Both the position numbers and the translations under genes were made by a program. Shown here one piece after another: positions 35,183 to 48,500 of a stretch of DNA of 64,000 bases. How positions within the stretch are numbered: position 1 is the stretch's first letter; the number at the start of each line of letters is the position of its first letter. The DNA comes from Setoptus koraiensis (taxonomy: Eukaryota; Animalia; Arthropoda): positions 20,274,001-20,338,000 of the forward strand of contig CM106586.1 of the NCBI GenBank assembly GCA_048013815.1, read 5' to 3'. The notes under the pieces are model-generated. The model made no database searches, had not been told where the DNA came from, and was given only the letters and a program-made list of their open reading frames with translations.

Positions 35183-37961
35183 ATTAGTGTTGTCGCGAAT
35201 TCAGTATTTCGAAATTAGTTGGTTCTGATGAGCCTGGCGTCAACTAGTTTGGCAGTCTCAAAACTGCTTGCCGCGCCGACGATCATCAACGTGCATCGGC
35301 GGCCGGCTTGTGCAAGCCTCAAATTTCGGTGGCGAGGTTTTCGAGAGTTTTGTAACCACTAGCTAGGCAATTGTGTGTGTGTGTGTGTGTGTGTGTGCGA
35401 TGCAATAGCAAGTGCTGGCAATTGTCGTGGAGATAAGTTGCCCGCAAACGCAGATAAAACTCATATGACACAAACAGTTGTCAGTGGTTGATGCAAGCGA
35501 CAAACTTGCTCCCAGCAAGCTAATAATCTTGATAGCAGCGTCTTGTTTTGCAAGCCAGCGACTCACAAGACCGGCTACAAACTAACCACTTGTTGTCGTC
35601 ATGCCAGCCAAACAAACAAACAAGCTGCCTGTGTATTGAAGATCGTCGAGAAGCGCAAGATTCGCCTAAAGATACCAGCCGACGAGGCTAAATATTGCGC
35701 TTATTTCAGGGCCACTGTCGCTGTCGCTGGATCATTACCGGTATAGAGATACGCGACGCACAAGTGAGTTCACAATGTCAACTCACCTGCCCGCCAAACG
35801 GTCATTCCATCATGGATTTTTGGCTCGCCCGGCGTCCACCTAACGGGCAGCACCGGAAATTGCGCCTGCTGTCCCCAAAGAGTTGGCGCTCGAGGTTGGA
35901 CGCGTTTGGCAGCTTATCAAATCAATTTGATGATCAAAAAGTGCGATTTTCTCTTGGATGATCCAGGTTGGATCAGACAGTGCGAATAAAGCACTGCTTT
36001 GTCTCGCGCTCCGTGATCGCCAATCACTGCACACACTTGAAAACTGACGGCAGGTGAACGATACTTCACACATTACAGGTGAATTCATAATGTCACATTG
36101 TTGTTGTGTGTGAAGTGTGTTGAAATTGCGCCGGTCGCCGCAAAGTGGAGCCCACATTTCGTTTGCGGCGAACGCTGTTTACTCAACTCCAAACGGCGAC
36201 TTGTCACCCCGAATCAGAGTATGATCCCTCGCTTGCCTCGCGCGGGTATCGTCAACAGAAAAGCCAGAAGCTTGTATTTTAATGTATTCCGACAAGCGAT
36301 CTCTCGAGCTTGACTCGCACGCACTCAGGCGACTATTGCAGGCGATGAGCATAGGCGAGCGCATGCTTTCAATAAGTTACAATCAGTAAATCACACTAAC
36401 TAAACACACTAAATTTAATCACAAGTTACCTGGCCGAGGCTGCTATTGCGAGACGATTTTCACAATATTACGCAACATGAGCGAGGAATACAGTATAGGC
36501 AGGCTAACAAGACGCGACGATAATCTGTTGCCTGTACCTGTCGTTCGTCTATTTTAACGTTGCAATTTCTCACAGTTCCAGTCTACGCAACGTAGCAACG
36601 TTGAGCTTCGCAAAGTCCATTCCGTGATCATCAGCATAAGTGTGGCAAAAGCGAGCTTGCCGAGATTCAAATGAAAAAAGTATTATTATTTTGCTGTCGA
36701 TTTGCCACAAGCCAGGCCAGCTAGACACAAGTCACAGTACACGGTCATGCAACGAAAATTCGCGCATGTTTTGCATGGCTCCGAACGCCTGAGCCGAGCT
36801 CGAATCGTCAAGCTGGCGACTTGGCTTAGCATTGAGCTGGCAAGCTTCAGCCAGCGAGTTATATAAGTTATGTAATTGTGTAATAAGCACACACACACAC
36901 ACACACATAAGCTCGAAGAGACAGGTCATTTGCTAGAATTTCCTAAATAATTCCCCCATTATGTCTCCCCTCTTGCTCGTCTATCTTTGTCTACCTGTGG
37001 ACTTAGGAACACTTCGAAATAAATTGATGCGAAGCTCAACCCCCTTCAATATCCACATTCGTGGCTAGCTGAATAGGGCATAGAGCCAAGAGTAAAACTT
37101 GTTGGACACACAGACACTGACGCACAGTTGAACTTGCTAACTTTGGCTTGCGTCGAGATGACTTGCAAGTCACGCTGGCCGTGAGGCGAGAGAATATGGG
37201 CTTTTGATCTTGAATTAGATCGGGGATGAGTTGTGATAAATGCAAAGTATGCACACAAGAACGAGGACAAGATAGTGAACGTAGTGGACGAGTGAATCAG
37301 TGTTGAGAACAATTTTAAAATCATGTGGTCCTTAGACTTGAGCATTGATAATAGTAGCAGCCAACACAGGGAGATCTAATCGAAGCAACAAAAAATCTAG
37401 CTAACCAATAACAAACACCAAAATAAAACAATTATTCGTCGTGTATTCAACTCATAGAGGCATCCAAGGTAATAGACACTATTGCTAATCTCAAACTCGT
37501 GATTAGCTAATGACCTGGACATATGATTCGCGACTATATGATGATTTCATAGTTAAACGACTGAATTAACACTACTAATCAATCAGTTGACATTTAAACC
37601 TAAACACCGTTTCTTCCTCGTTCGTTTCTAGTTGCTTCGTTTGCAGCCGCAACAAAGTTCCGCGAAAAACAATAGTTGCGACTCACGAGTTGATAATATT
37701 GCTGTTCGTTGTCGTTGGAAACATTGAAACTTGTTTGGTCTTAACGCAACACCGCCACAATTGTTCACCTAGGATGCTCTCAATAGAAATTCATTTTGTG
37801 TTGTGCATTCATCGTTTCAGGTAGCCGCGACAACATTTGACAACATCAGACAAAAACGAAACGTCAGTATATACTATTGCATAATCAAGCAGCTATCCAT
37901 ATATAACGGAAAAATATAACGGCGTTACGCAACAAAAAAGAACAAAACAAAACATCTCGAA

Positions 37962-39161
37962 ATGTCAAAGGTGAAGAGAAATCCCATGGTGGAGATGGTG
38001 GCCAAGGTGCCTGTGAAGGGTAGCAAGGGATCCCTGCAAGCGGCCATTGATAAACTATTGAAGACGATAGACCTCATAGAGAGCACCATAATGGTGCCCA
38101 CATTGCTTCGCGACAAGTGTGAATTTGATGCAAAGGAGCTTCTCAAAGTGGCCAATATTATCAGGGCCTCCATCAAGGGCGAATATGACACAATGGAGTC
38201 ATTGATAGATGATATCAATTCAACAAATAACGACAATGACATCAATGGTGCTACTGCTCCTGTTGCCGGTTTCGTCTCTCATCCAATTCCGTTGTCCAAT
38301 GGCATTTCGTCTCCAACATTATCAATAAATCAACAGCAATCCATATCGGCTGTTTCGTCGCCCACAATGAATCGACATCATCAACAAAACCAACAACAGC
38401 AACAAGCACCACCGACAAACTCCATTGCTGGCCAAGAAAGTGCTAATTCGCTATCTTTGGGGCCGTTGTCGCTAGGCTCCGACTGTTCGTCGGGCCAGGG
38501 CATAAACCTTAAATTGGACTCGATAGATGAATCGCCGCCGCTTTCCACTGATCAGCCAATTACAATTCCACCTATCGTGCCAGTGATCGCCAACAGAACG
38601 GCCCAACCGCCAAGCCTACTCCAGCTTACCACCAATAATAATCACATTAACCAATTGAGATCACCAAATCTGCAAATAAACGGACACGACAATAACAATG
38701 TGCCTACAGCAGCAACAATAAGTCCAAATAATCATGAGGTTGGCAACCAGATAAACTCTCTCCAAAAGTCTCTGGTTCTCGCCAACAATCCAGGATACAT
38801 CTCGGGCAATTCCACCCCGGTCGGCTATTCGTTAGCGAACAATAATAATAATAACTCCAACAGTCTAAATAATGTTTTGCCCGGCCCTAATAACAGTGCT
38901 GTTTACAACAGTGGTATTGGCTCGAGCCTGCTGAAAAGAACATACAGCAATGGAGCCATGAGTCCGCATGGGGCACCTCAGACACCGATATTCTCCTATC
39001 CGCCAGTCGAGGGTTTACATGTTTTGCCGGGGGATCCAAGCGCGTCGGCAAAACTCCTGTGTGAAATAGAACAACTTAAAGTGTCTCTATCCACTGTCAC
39101 TAACTTGCTCGAAAGTGTGGTTGAATTGTATAAAAAATATGTCGATAATCTGTACTCATAG
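37962..39161 (+). CDS. Spot14/MID1IP1 (THRSP) family protein with a long Asn/Gln/Ser insert
   Basis: SLQAAIDKLLKTIDLIESTIMVPTLLRD matches the family S-x-x-x-A-M-x-x-F...VMVPSLLRD motif; C-terminal helix ending LYK. Confidence 0.75.
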   Translation: MSKVKRNPMVEMVAKVPVKGSKGSLQAAIDKLLKTIDLIESTIMVPTLLRDKCEFDAKELLKVANIIRASIKGEYDTMESLIDDINSTNNDNDINGATAPVAGFVSHPIPLSNGISSPTLSINQQQSISAVSSPTMNRHHQQNQQQQQAPPTNSIAGQESANSLSLGPLSLGSDCSSGQGINLKLDSIDESPPLSTDQPITIPPIVPVIANRTAQPPSLLQLTTNNNHINQLRSPNLQINGHDNNNVPTAATISPNNHEVGNQINSLQKSLVLANNPGYISGNSTPVGYSLANNNNNNSNSLNNVLPGPNNSAVYNSGIGSSLLKRTYSNGAMSPHGAPQTPIFSYPPVEGLHVLPGDPSASAKLLCEIEQLKVSLSTVTNLLESVVELYKKYVDNLYS

Positions 39162-39410
39162 ATAACATTTGCTCGAAATAATAAAACGTTTTCTCTATAT
39201 CAGCCAAGAGGATTGTTGTTGTCCGGTGTATAGGTGCGGATAGCACAAATCCCACGAGGTAATAACTACTGCACGCAGGATCAGTCGGCCATGTTATTAT
39301 TTCGGGCTTGATATGATGTTAATAAGAGTTGAAAATAATCATTGTTATTGTTGATTTACTATTAATTATTGCTGTCTGTATTTTCGTTATACCACAGCCG
39401 ATTTAGAAAT

Positions 39411-40031
39411 ATGGCCAGCTTACTGACACGGAAAACATGTAGCCTCATTCAACTATTTAGATCAACCAAGGGAGGAACCTGCATGGCACGTCCATTTCAG
39501 ACAACATCTCAATTGTTACGCGAAGTAGGAGATGACCCCATTAGGAATTTCAACGATTTCAATTATCCAAATCAAAAGTATTCTTTCGAGCACCACAAAT
39601 TACCCAGAGAATTGCTCGAGAAAGAGTACAATCATCCAGTTTGTGTCGACACCATGGGTATAAGGTGGCCCGGTTATTGGATCGCCAATAAGAAGAGTGC
39701 AAGTAGGAGGCGCCACAATAACAAAGTGAAAAGATTCGTCTATGTGAAAGAGATGGAACCCGAACTGGTAGTACCAGATCTTACAGGCTTCGAACTTAAA
39801 CCCTATGTCAGTTATGCTACCGAGCCAGTCAACGAACGGGAATTCACTGCCAAGGCATTGTTTGACTCAGTTTACGCCCACAAAATTATTGACCGATTTG
39901 ATAACGGTGAGGAAATAATCACCGAAGTTAGTCCTGAAAGTATAGATATGGCAAGGCGGAGAGCTCTTTCAATTGGTGCAGATCTTTTTGAGCCGCATCC
40001 TATAGACGGCGTTAGGGCTAGTTATGAATGA
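39411..40031 (+). CDS. MRPL41: Mitochondrial ribosomal protein mL41
   Basis: FVYVKEMEPELVVPDLTGFELKPYVSY...EFTAKALFDSVY; basic/hydroxylated presequence from ATG 39411. Confidence 0.88.
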   Translation: MASLLTRKTCSLIQLFRSTKGGTCMARPFQTTSQLLREVGDDPIRNFNDFNYPNQKYSFEHHKLPRELLEKEYNHPVCVDTMGIRWPGYWIANKKSASRRRHNNKVKRFVYVKEMEPELVVPDLTGFELKPYVSYATEPVNEREFTAKALFDSVYAHKIIDRFDNGEEIITEVSPESIDMARRRALSIGADLFEPHPIDGVRASYE

Positions 40032-40298
40032 ATAAAACAAACTTTGTTATTCTAACCTCTTAATTATTAAGATTGTGACTGCATTTTTTAAATCATTTAC
40101 GATGTTTAATAAGATTTTCTTGTATTTCTTTCGAGCTCATGATTATGACAGCTATCACGGGCTCGGTTATCAGGAATTTACTTCGAAATGCTTTGCATAA
40201 AATGTTGATGTAAAACTTCTCGGACTGATTCTTAAGAAAGCTGTTAATTTCTGTTCAGGAAACAATAGCTTAGATCGATAATCATATTATGATCATTA

Positions 40299-42025
40299 TT
40301 ATCCACAGCATCCTTGAGGGTATGGTGACTGTTTGCTTCGCTTTGTTACAGTCATGTTGGTGAACAGTTCAGCCGAGGTTGGATGAATGCCGACCAATTT
40401 GTTGAAGTCTTCTTTGGTGGCCTTGAACTTGAGGCCTAGAGCGGCAAATTGTGTCACTTCGCCAGCATTAGGACCAAGATAGTGGAAACCAACAACCCTC
40501 ATCTAGATAGTGGCGGAAACAAAAAAATTTGGTCGGTTAGTTGTAAGATTCACAGGCAATTAATTAAATCGTGAACTAGTCGTTGTCGCCAACTCTCCAG
40601 ACCTACCTTTTCATTGATGACACATATCAATTTAGCGTAGCACTCGTCTACTGGCCTCTCGGTGACACCCCTCTCGAATGGCTTGAAATATGTGTGGAAA
40701 ACCTCCAGATTGTCGGCGCCGTATTTTTCGGTTGCAGCCTCCTCACTAAGACCGACACAACCGTACTCATTTGGTGTGAACACAGTTGTCGGTATGTTAA
40801 TGTAATCAAATGACTCGGTAGCGCCAGCATACAGGCGTTTGGCCAGCATTGTGCCGGCCTCAATGGCAACAGGCGTAAGTTCAGTGCGAGTTTCGAGGAT
40901 ATCGCCAACGGCGTAAATGTGTTTGACGTTAGTTTGCTCATGCTTCGTTGGTATCTTGCCTGTGCTGGGGTTAACCTTGACACCGGCCTTATCCAAGCCT
41001 ATATCACTTGTGCAGGGATCTCTGCCTATTGCGAATATAATTGTATTGAACTCGGCGTGGTTAGTCTTGGAGTCCTTATCCTTGTAGGTTACTCTGTATA
41101 GACCCGGTTGTCCGTCTTGTATTTTTTCAATCTTTGACGGTTTGGCGGGTCTAAGAAATTTCACACCATGAGTAGACATGTGATGGCCAATCTTTTCCGC
41201 CATTTCCTGGTCGAAACCCCTTAAAAATATAGAACGTACCATGACGGTGACATCGTTGCCTAGGCCGGCCAAGAAGCCGGCACATTCAAGGGCGACATAC
41301 GAGGCGCCCACAACAAGGGTCTTGCCCGGGTTGTAGGGCAACGAAAAAAGATCGTCGCTGGTAATAGAGTGCTCTAGTGCTCCCTCCACGTCGCTAGGGT
41401 AACGGGGTCGCTCACCAACGGCTATGATAAATGTCTCCGCAGTCAGCTGAGACTTTTCTCCTTTTTTGTCCGTGACCTCGACGGTGTGCTCATCCAAAAA
41501 TCTGCCGTGCCCATTGATGTATTCGACTTTTTTCGTTCTGAGCTCAACGCGATACTTAAAATTGCTAGACTTGACGACCGCCTGAACATGCTCAACAAGC
41601 TTCTGCCAATCGTGGGTCATGTCGGTGTGAGTATTGAGCGGCCTACCGTCTGGCTTCAGGCCCCATCCATAGTAATGCATTTCGTTGGCCCGTTCCCCCA
41701 TGAGGGCAGCCTCGTGCATCAGCTTCTTCGGTATACAGCCCACATTGACACAGGTTCCGCCCAGGCCTGGCGGTGTCACATGATTCGATGGGGGATGAAG
41801 AAGAGAATAGAGATTGACTGATCTGTTGAAATGGCACAGATGGACTTGGTATTCGACAGGTTGACGGTGGCTCAACTTACCCCAGGTTGTTCCCTTTGGC
41901 GTCGGCTTGACAAAATCTAATAGGGCCACTCTTTTGCCGTGTTTCACGGCTTCTTTCGACGAGGCTAGACCACCTGAGCCACCACCAATGACTATCAAAT
42001 CGTACATCATTTTCGGACGCGCCAT
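40299..42025 (-). CDS. Trxr: High-Mr thioredoxin reductase ending Gly-Cys-Cys-Gly; exons 42025-41881, 41766-40607, 40502-40299 (502 aa)
   Basis: [51 protein letters not shown]-type GIHPTSAE, C-terminal QGCCG*. GT-AG introns 41880-41767 and 40606-40503. Confidence 0.93.
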
Positions 42026-42352
42026 TTTGTCTAGATTATAACTCTTGGTAAGGCGAATGACAAACAATTGTTTAAACTTGATTCGTTTGCTTAGTTTGGT
42101 TTATACTGTATTTATGACTGACGTGTCAATATTTGACAATTTGTTGGTAAGGTAAGAAGCTAATACAAAGTGACCGACTTGTGATAAAAGGATCAAGAAC
42201 TGACAGAACGCATCTGGAAAATGAACTGACTTTTTAGCTGGCACACCACAAACATTAGATAACGTGCGTTGCGCATACTGCCAGTTACATCAAGACACTT
42301 TTGAAACAATAGCGCCAGAGCGCCAACTTCAAACTAATCTTGAATGAAATAT

Positions 42353-42360
42353 TATCGATA
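42353..42360. promoter_or_regulatory. DRE-like element TATCGATA upstream of thioredoxin reductase
   Basis: Exact palindromic DRE octamer ~330 nt upstream of the ATG in a short intergenic region; may be chance. Confidence 0.3.
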
Positions 42361-42480
42361 AAAATAATTTTTTACTTATTTCCTAGATAGATTACAGTCA
42401 AATTATTCATACATTAACTCACTATTAAATATATTGTGTGTTCGTGACAAACTTTATCTCTCGATACAACTAGGATCTGG

Positions 42481-45400
42481 TCAGAGGTTTTCCTTTGCCA
42501 ATTCTAGCAGCATAGCTTCGTCGAAAAATTTGTTAATATTGACGTCCTCGCTCAAGCCTTTCCTCCTCCGTGTCTTCAACATAAACTCACGAGCAAGGTG
42601 AGCTGATGGTTGCGGTTCCAACGGTTTTATCACTATGGATTTGTCAAGTGGATCACCAGGAACAATCTGTTTAACAATTGGTTAGAAGTATGTAAATAAG
42701 AACAAATGTTGAACAATGTTTACACATTACTATATATAGACCGACAAAAATGATCTACTTTTGTTGGTTCACTCACCTGCCAATGATGAAAAACGGACAA
42801 ACAGAACGACTGGCCCTGCGTGTGGGTGCGTATATCTGTCTCGAAGCCGAAAGAGTCTATAGCGGGAATTAATGCGTTAACTTTGTTCAACGGTGAACCA
42901 GGTACGGGGAAATCTTTTATCACGTGACCACGTCTTTTCGACAATATGGAATAAACGGCAGTCACGCAATCAGCGGGTGCAACAATCTCAACGAATAAGT
43001 AGGGCTCCATCAGCCTTGGTGTAGCTAGAAGGAACGATGAATAAGCTACACGCCTCGCAGTGGGTATTATCTGACCGCCTCCCCGATGAATGGGCTCTTT
43101 TGACACATTGGCTTCAATAAGCTGAAACTTAACACTTCTCATGGGCTCTTCACAAAGAGGACCCTCTCTGGTTGCCCACTGAAACGCCTGAACTACAGAG
43201 TCCTTTATGTTATTCAATTGTTCTTTATCAATCTGCGTAGGTAGAGTTCCGTCAAGTAGAAGATTGGTTCCGTCCGTTTCCGGCCCGAAAGCCCAAATAG
43301 ATCTCGCATCTAGAACATTCCACTTATATTTGTTCATGAAAAATTCGCTAACTTTTTTCTGCTCCCAATCTAGTGTCACAACTCCATTCTCAATATCTAT
43401 GGCAAGTCCTTTTTCAGCGGACTCTTTCTCTAGAGGGCTTGCTATCATTGTAATATCGTTTCGTTTGTTGGGAGTCTCTGCATGACAATTGCGCGTCGAG
43501 GTATCAATGACAGTTTCGCAAAAACACACAACCGGATCAGCGACACGAATGTCGATCTCGGAATACATATTTCTGAGATCATGCATAACGCAATCTAAAT
43601 ATAGTTCACCGGTTCCGATTATGACGTGCTCGCCACTCTCTTCTACTTTAGTTGTCAGCAACGGATATGATTTATTGCATTTCCTTAGTCCTTCCAACAT
43701 CTTGGGTAGCTCAGACGGATTGACTGGTTCAACTGCAATCTTTACAATAGATTTAGTGTTGAACTTTAAGGGTCTGAAGATGAATAGATCACTTTGATAG
43801 TCAGAGTCAAGAATTGTTGCAGTTTTCACGATAGGTTGATCGATGCCTTCTATGAGTACCCAGTTTCCGGCGGGCACATTTTTTACTTCAACACTGTAGC
43901 GACTATTATATATCCAGAGTCTTCCAATAGGTAAAATTCTGGAATCTTCTTCATCTGCGGACGAATAATACTCCCCTAGTATACGTATGTCACTATTGGC
44001 TTTGAGAGTTCCACTGAGTACTTGACCAAAGACATGAAATGCGGACGCGTCCTGCGAAACATATTGCTTAGTTGTGTGGACAATCAGAGTATTATTAGGA
44101 TCGCACTGATGCAAAGCTTTTGTTAGAGGCGATGATCTGTTACCGGTCCAAATATGCGATATCTTTCTCTTTGCGTTATCACTGGGCGAAGGAATACATT
44201 CTGCGCACATATCGGTGAAACTATTAAAAGATCCAAAAAATCTGGTGCACACTGTCTTAAGCAGATGTCTAATGTTCATTTTTTTCTCATCCGATGTGAG
44301 ATAGATGCCATAATTGTCTAGAAGTTCTAATAGTTTATGATCAGCATCACCAACAACCAATCCAAATAATTTATACAGTGGTTCCAGGATAAACTCAACA
44401 AACGTTCTGTTACCTGAGCCTACCTCTGGGGCCTTTCGCACAAATTTAGATGTCTCAGGATCCAGATATTGGTCGCCCCAGAGTTTGTTAGCAAACTGTT
44501 TATAGTTTAGGTTGGTAAATCCGCCTCGTTCTATATATAACTGGGCGAATGATTTCAATGTGAAGCAAACAGAATATTGTGAGCTGGAAAAACAAACATT
44601 ACCTAGCAGAGGTGAGACTAATCTCTCTTCTTCTCTACAATCATGCGAGTGTGATCTGATCAACAAATTGACCTCGTCGAGTATGTGTCTGAGCTTGAAG
44701 TAGGCGTCAACTGGGGGAAGTTTAAGTTCAAAAATCAATCTGTCAATTTTGTTTATACACAAGGTGATGGCCAATTTTTCCTGAATTGCGTGTTTTATCA
44801 GACGCTCTGTGTTTAACATGACACCCTCTGCTGCATCAACGAATAGAACGACTCCATCGCACAAACGCATGGCTGCTGTGACCTCGTCAGAGAAATTAAC
44901 ATGTCCAGGTGTGTCTAGAATATTGAGGAGATAGGATTTGTTTCTCAGACTCTGATGGACAATTGTAATTGGAGAAGATTTGATGGAGACACCTCGCTCC
45001 TGTTCCGTGAACAGGGTATCTGTGAATCGGATGGGCTTTTCGGAGTTTTGTTTGAATTCGGGGTGAGTTTGTTCGATGAGGCAATCGACAAAAGAGGTCT
45101 TCCCGTGCAATAGGTGGCCAACTAATGCCACATTTCTAATTGCATGCGTGCACTGCATGAGATCTTTCATGAATTTGAGATCATAGGTGGTTTGTGGTAG
45201 ATCGCTTTGCTTATCTTCCGAAATGTGATGCGAGAATTTCTTTCTAATCAATGGATCAATGATGGGCACAGATATGGCTTGAGCGTCTTCCTCCTGGACG
45301 ATAGTCTCAACGTCGGGCCCATAAATTTCCAGAGCTGACGGGTAGTATTTTTTGTCCTCATGCAAGACAATTCTGTTGCCGCCACCGTCATCATCGTCAC

Positions 45401-45581
45401 TATCGTCACCACACACAGCAATCTGGCCTGATTCACGAGCGTCGACCCGGCCGTTTGTTGCTGTTGTTGCCATGTCCTCGCGATCCTCGACTCCGAACTG
45501 GGAATCGTCGTCATCCTCGTCGCCCGATTCCAGCTCGGGTCCTATGTAATTTCCAAATTCATCGTACAAGTTGGTGTCCAT
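42481..45581 (-). CDS. EFTUD2: 116 kDa U5 snRNP GTPase (Snu114); exons 45581-42777 and 42666-42481
   Basis: [39 protein letters not shown]-2-like domains. Intron 42776-42667 restores HHWQ|IVPGDPLDK...[11 protein letters not shown]. Confidence 0.96.
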
Positions 45582-48500
45582 GGATGCGTTTTTGCGTCAC
45601 ACAATTGAGTGTGTGAATTTTGGGACTTGAAGGGTGTTCTAGGATTTGAAAGGTGATAATATAATAATAATCCAACTCTAAAAGTTATTGAACAGTTTAC
45701 AGTGAATGATATTGGTATATTTCGTTTCAACACTATTTACCGGCTCCTCTAGTTGTGTTTTGAAGCGCGCACATGTTCGAGCCGCTGCACTTTTTTCGTG
45801 CATTGAAAAAGGCGCGCAACTCAAAAATTTTCGTTCGCAAAATCTCTAGGCGAATCGCGACTGAGGACACTTTTAGAAGCCACACCAGGTGGAGTAACTT
45901 GGTGATCTGACTCGATGCCCGCGACACGGCTACGAGGTTGATGAAAAGAATCGATTCAGACCGGATCAGAAGGAAAAGTCTTCATTTGGAGCCCTCGCCA
46001 GCCTAGTTCAACTATGCGAGTTGGTTGGCCGGCTGAACAGTTCGAAATTGGTCGCTCGGAGACACGGTTGTTTAATTGAGATTATTGTTGTCGGACGATT
46101 TCCGTCGGATTATGTGCGCTCCGGAGAATCGATGCATATCGCCATTTGCGATAACTGGCTGGATAATATTGCAATTGTTTGTTGTGCTCGTGGATGATTG
46201 ACAAGCTGGGCGATTGGCGTGACAATTGTCGCATAGTGCTATCGCTCATTGGCGTATGTTTTGTTAAAGATTGCACAAAATTGATAAACTGCCTCGATGG
46301 GTAAGATCGTATCGATTGTCATCAGAGGCGATTGCAAGTGTGATGTCAGCAGCACTGAATGCCGGTGCTGCTGGATTTGACGAGATTAAATTTTTGTAAA
46401 ATATCTGCAATTGGTACGCCAGTTATCCACGTATGGATATCTGCAACGCAGTCGCGCCCGAGGTGACACTGGCATGATCATATTCAGCTTCAGTTTTTTC
46501 CAGCAGCAACTTGTTTGCATCGCAGACAGGTGCATTCCAGACTCTGGAATCCAGAGTGGAATCATTTCGAAATGGAATGATCCAGACACTGAACTACTGC
46601 AGCTATTAGCGGCCAGAAGCGACCACTCGTTGGCACCATTGGTTGGCGGTGCGAGTCGCAGCGCGAATCACAAGCAAGCGAGCAATTATCGGCTACCTGA
46701 GGTCTGTTGTTGTCTGGCCATTGTGAGATATGTGCTGCTGTCATTGGCGGCCATTGAGATGCTAAAGAGAGGAATTTAAATTATTTGACATGTCTCAAAA
46801 TGATTAATGCGTTTGTGCGTCTGTGCCCGGCCGGCCGGCTGGCAAAATGTGTATAAATGATCCGTCGCTGACGATATTCACTGTTTAACATGAACATTTG
46901 CTTTAATTAATCAAATGGAAAGGATTATAAATTATCATTCTGTTTGCAGGTAGCAACTACAAGTCAGCGCATCTGCTTCGTAACAGCGCTGGCGACACAA
47001 CAAGTCGCGACTTCCGAACGCTCGCTCGCTCGCTCGCTCGCAACTTGCCAGCTCGAGGCTCACCGAACGCAGCCAGTCGACTGGGCTAGTTCTCGTGCCA
47101 GACTAGATTTGTTGCGCCAGTTCGCGCCCGCTGATCCGAAATTCGAAGGAGCTTCGAATTTGGGAGTTCGGCAGGAGCCGAGCGCACAATATGCACGGAG
47201 TTGCAAATATCGTTCTTCTCGTTGAGCCTGTGAGAAGCTTCGCGCCGTGGATTGCCGTTGTGCCGCTTGGATCGGCTTCGACCGGCGCAAATGTTGTTGG
47301 CACCATCGAATGGAGCCAACAATATCGGCCATTTTCGCTCATCATCCGGCCTCGCTGTTGGCCGCGCACTGCAAGCGCTGAGCGTATCATCAGCATTATT
47401 ATTATTATTATTATTATTTTACCTGATTATTGACGCGATATGGCTGTTATCTGGCATCGAGATCGCCCTTACGAGCGACCCCAATCTCCCCGAGCTCTCG
47501 TTGTATGTGTGTGTGTGTGTCCATTAGGCACCACGCATTCAGCGAGCGAGTTAAATGTTTGATTGTGTCCGATCATGACAGTCCGATCATCAGGCTCTGA
47601 TGGCACCAATCAGACGATGATGAGTAAGCCGCCCGTTGCCGTAATAATGGCGGACCGCGTCGGTATTAGTGTTAATAATAATAAAATAAGAATGAGAATG
47701 CTAAGCTTCAAGTTTCACAAAGTTTAACAGCGACGGCAGTGGCGACACTCGATGTTGCGTCTGCTTTATTAATGCTCGATTAAGTTTTATTTGTACTTGT
47801 TGACGTTTCGTTTAAATTGTGCGAGGGCGAGACAATTTAAACTGGCGACCAACTTGCGCCAGCCAGCAGCAGCTGACAGGCGACTTTGACGAGTCGCAAC
47901 GACGAGTAACCTCGATTGGCTTGCGTTGTTTGCTGGCTGGCTGACTGACTGACTGACTGGCTGGCTGGCATTAGCAGAAGATCACAAGATCAGCCAGAGA
48001 CACAACAGGCACAGGCGAACAGTTGACAGCTAGCGCTATCCCTACCGTCACTACTCAATTTAATTAATTTTTCTATTAATCATAGTTCACATGCTTTCTC
48101 GGCTCGGCGTCGGCTGGCTCATTAGGCCTGAGTGCGACGAGTTGTTTGCTAGTCGCAACGACAACGACAACAACAACAACAACAACATAATCAATTTAAC
48201 AGAGTGTAGATGGGGATCGTTTAGCTTGACAGTGACCTGGCCTGGCGAGCGACCAACAACCAAAAAAAGATTTCTCTGGCAGCCGCAGCTTCCATTTGCC
48301 CCATGCCGATGGGCTTGTTGGGCGAATTGCCGTTCGCCTTGTGCGATTTGCCGTGTGCCGTTCGCCGTTCGCCGTTTGCCGTTCGTCGTTCGTCGTTTGC
48401 CGCTTGCGAGTCCAAATTGATCGACGCGACGCATTTGACGCTCGCTCGTTCGCTACATCCAATTGGGCTCATCGGTAATGGGGATTTGATTGGATTGGAG

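Noticed and set aside
37705-37726. miR-981-like 22-mer TTCGTTGTCGTTGGAAACATTG
   Set aside because: Only the 5' ten bases match, and the predicted hairpin is poor by eye.
40100-40298. Relic SECIS in the TrxR 3' UTR
   Set aside because: No convincing AUGA...AA...GA kink-turn stem; the terminal codon is Cys, not UGA.
41767-41880. 38-aa insert in TrxR shown by the ORF track
   Set aside because: In-frame, stop-free GT-AG intron; removing it restores [12 protein letters not shown].
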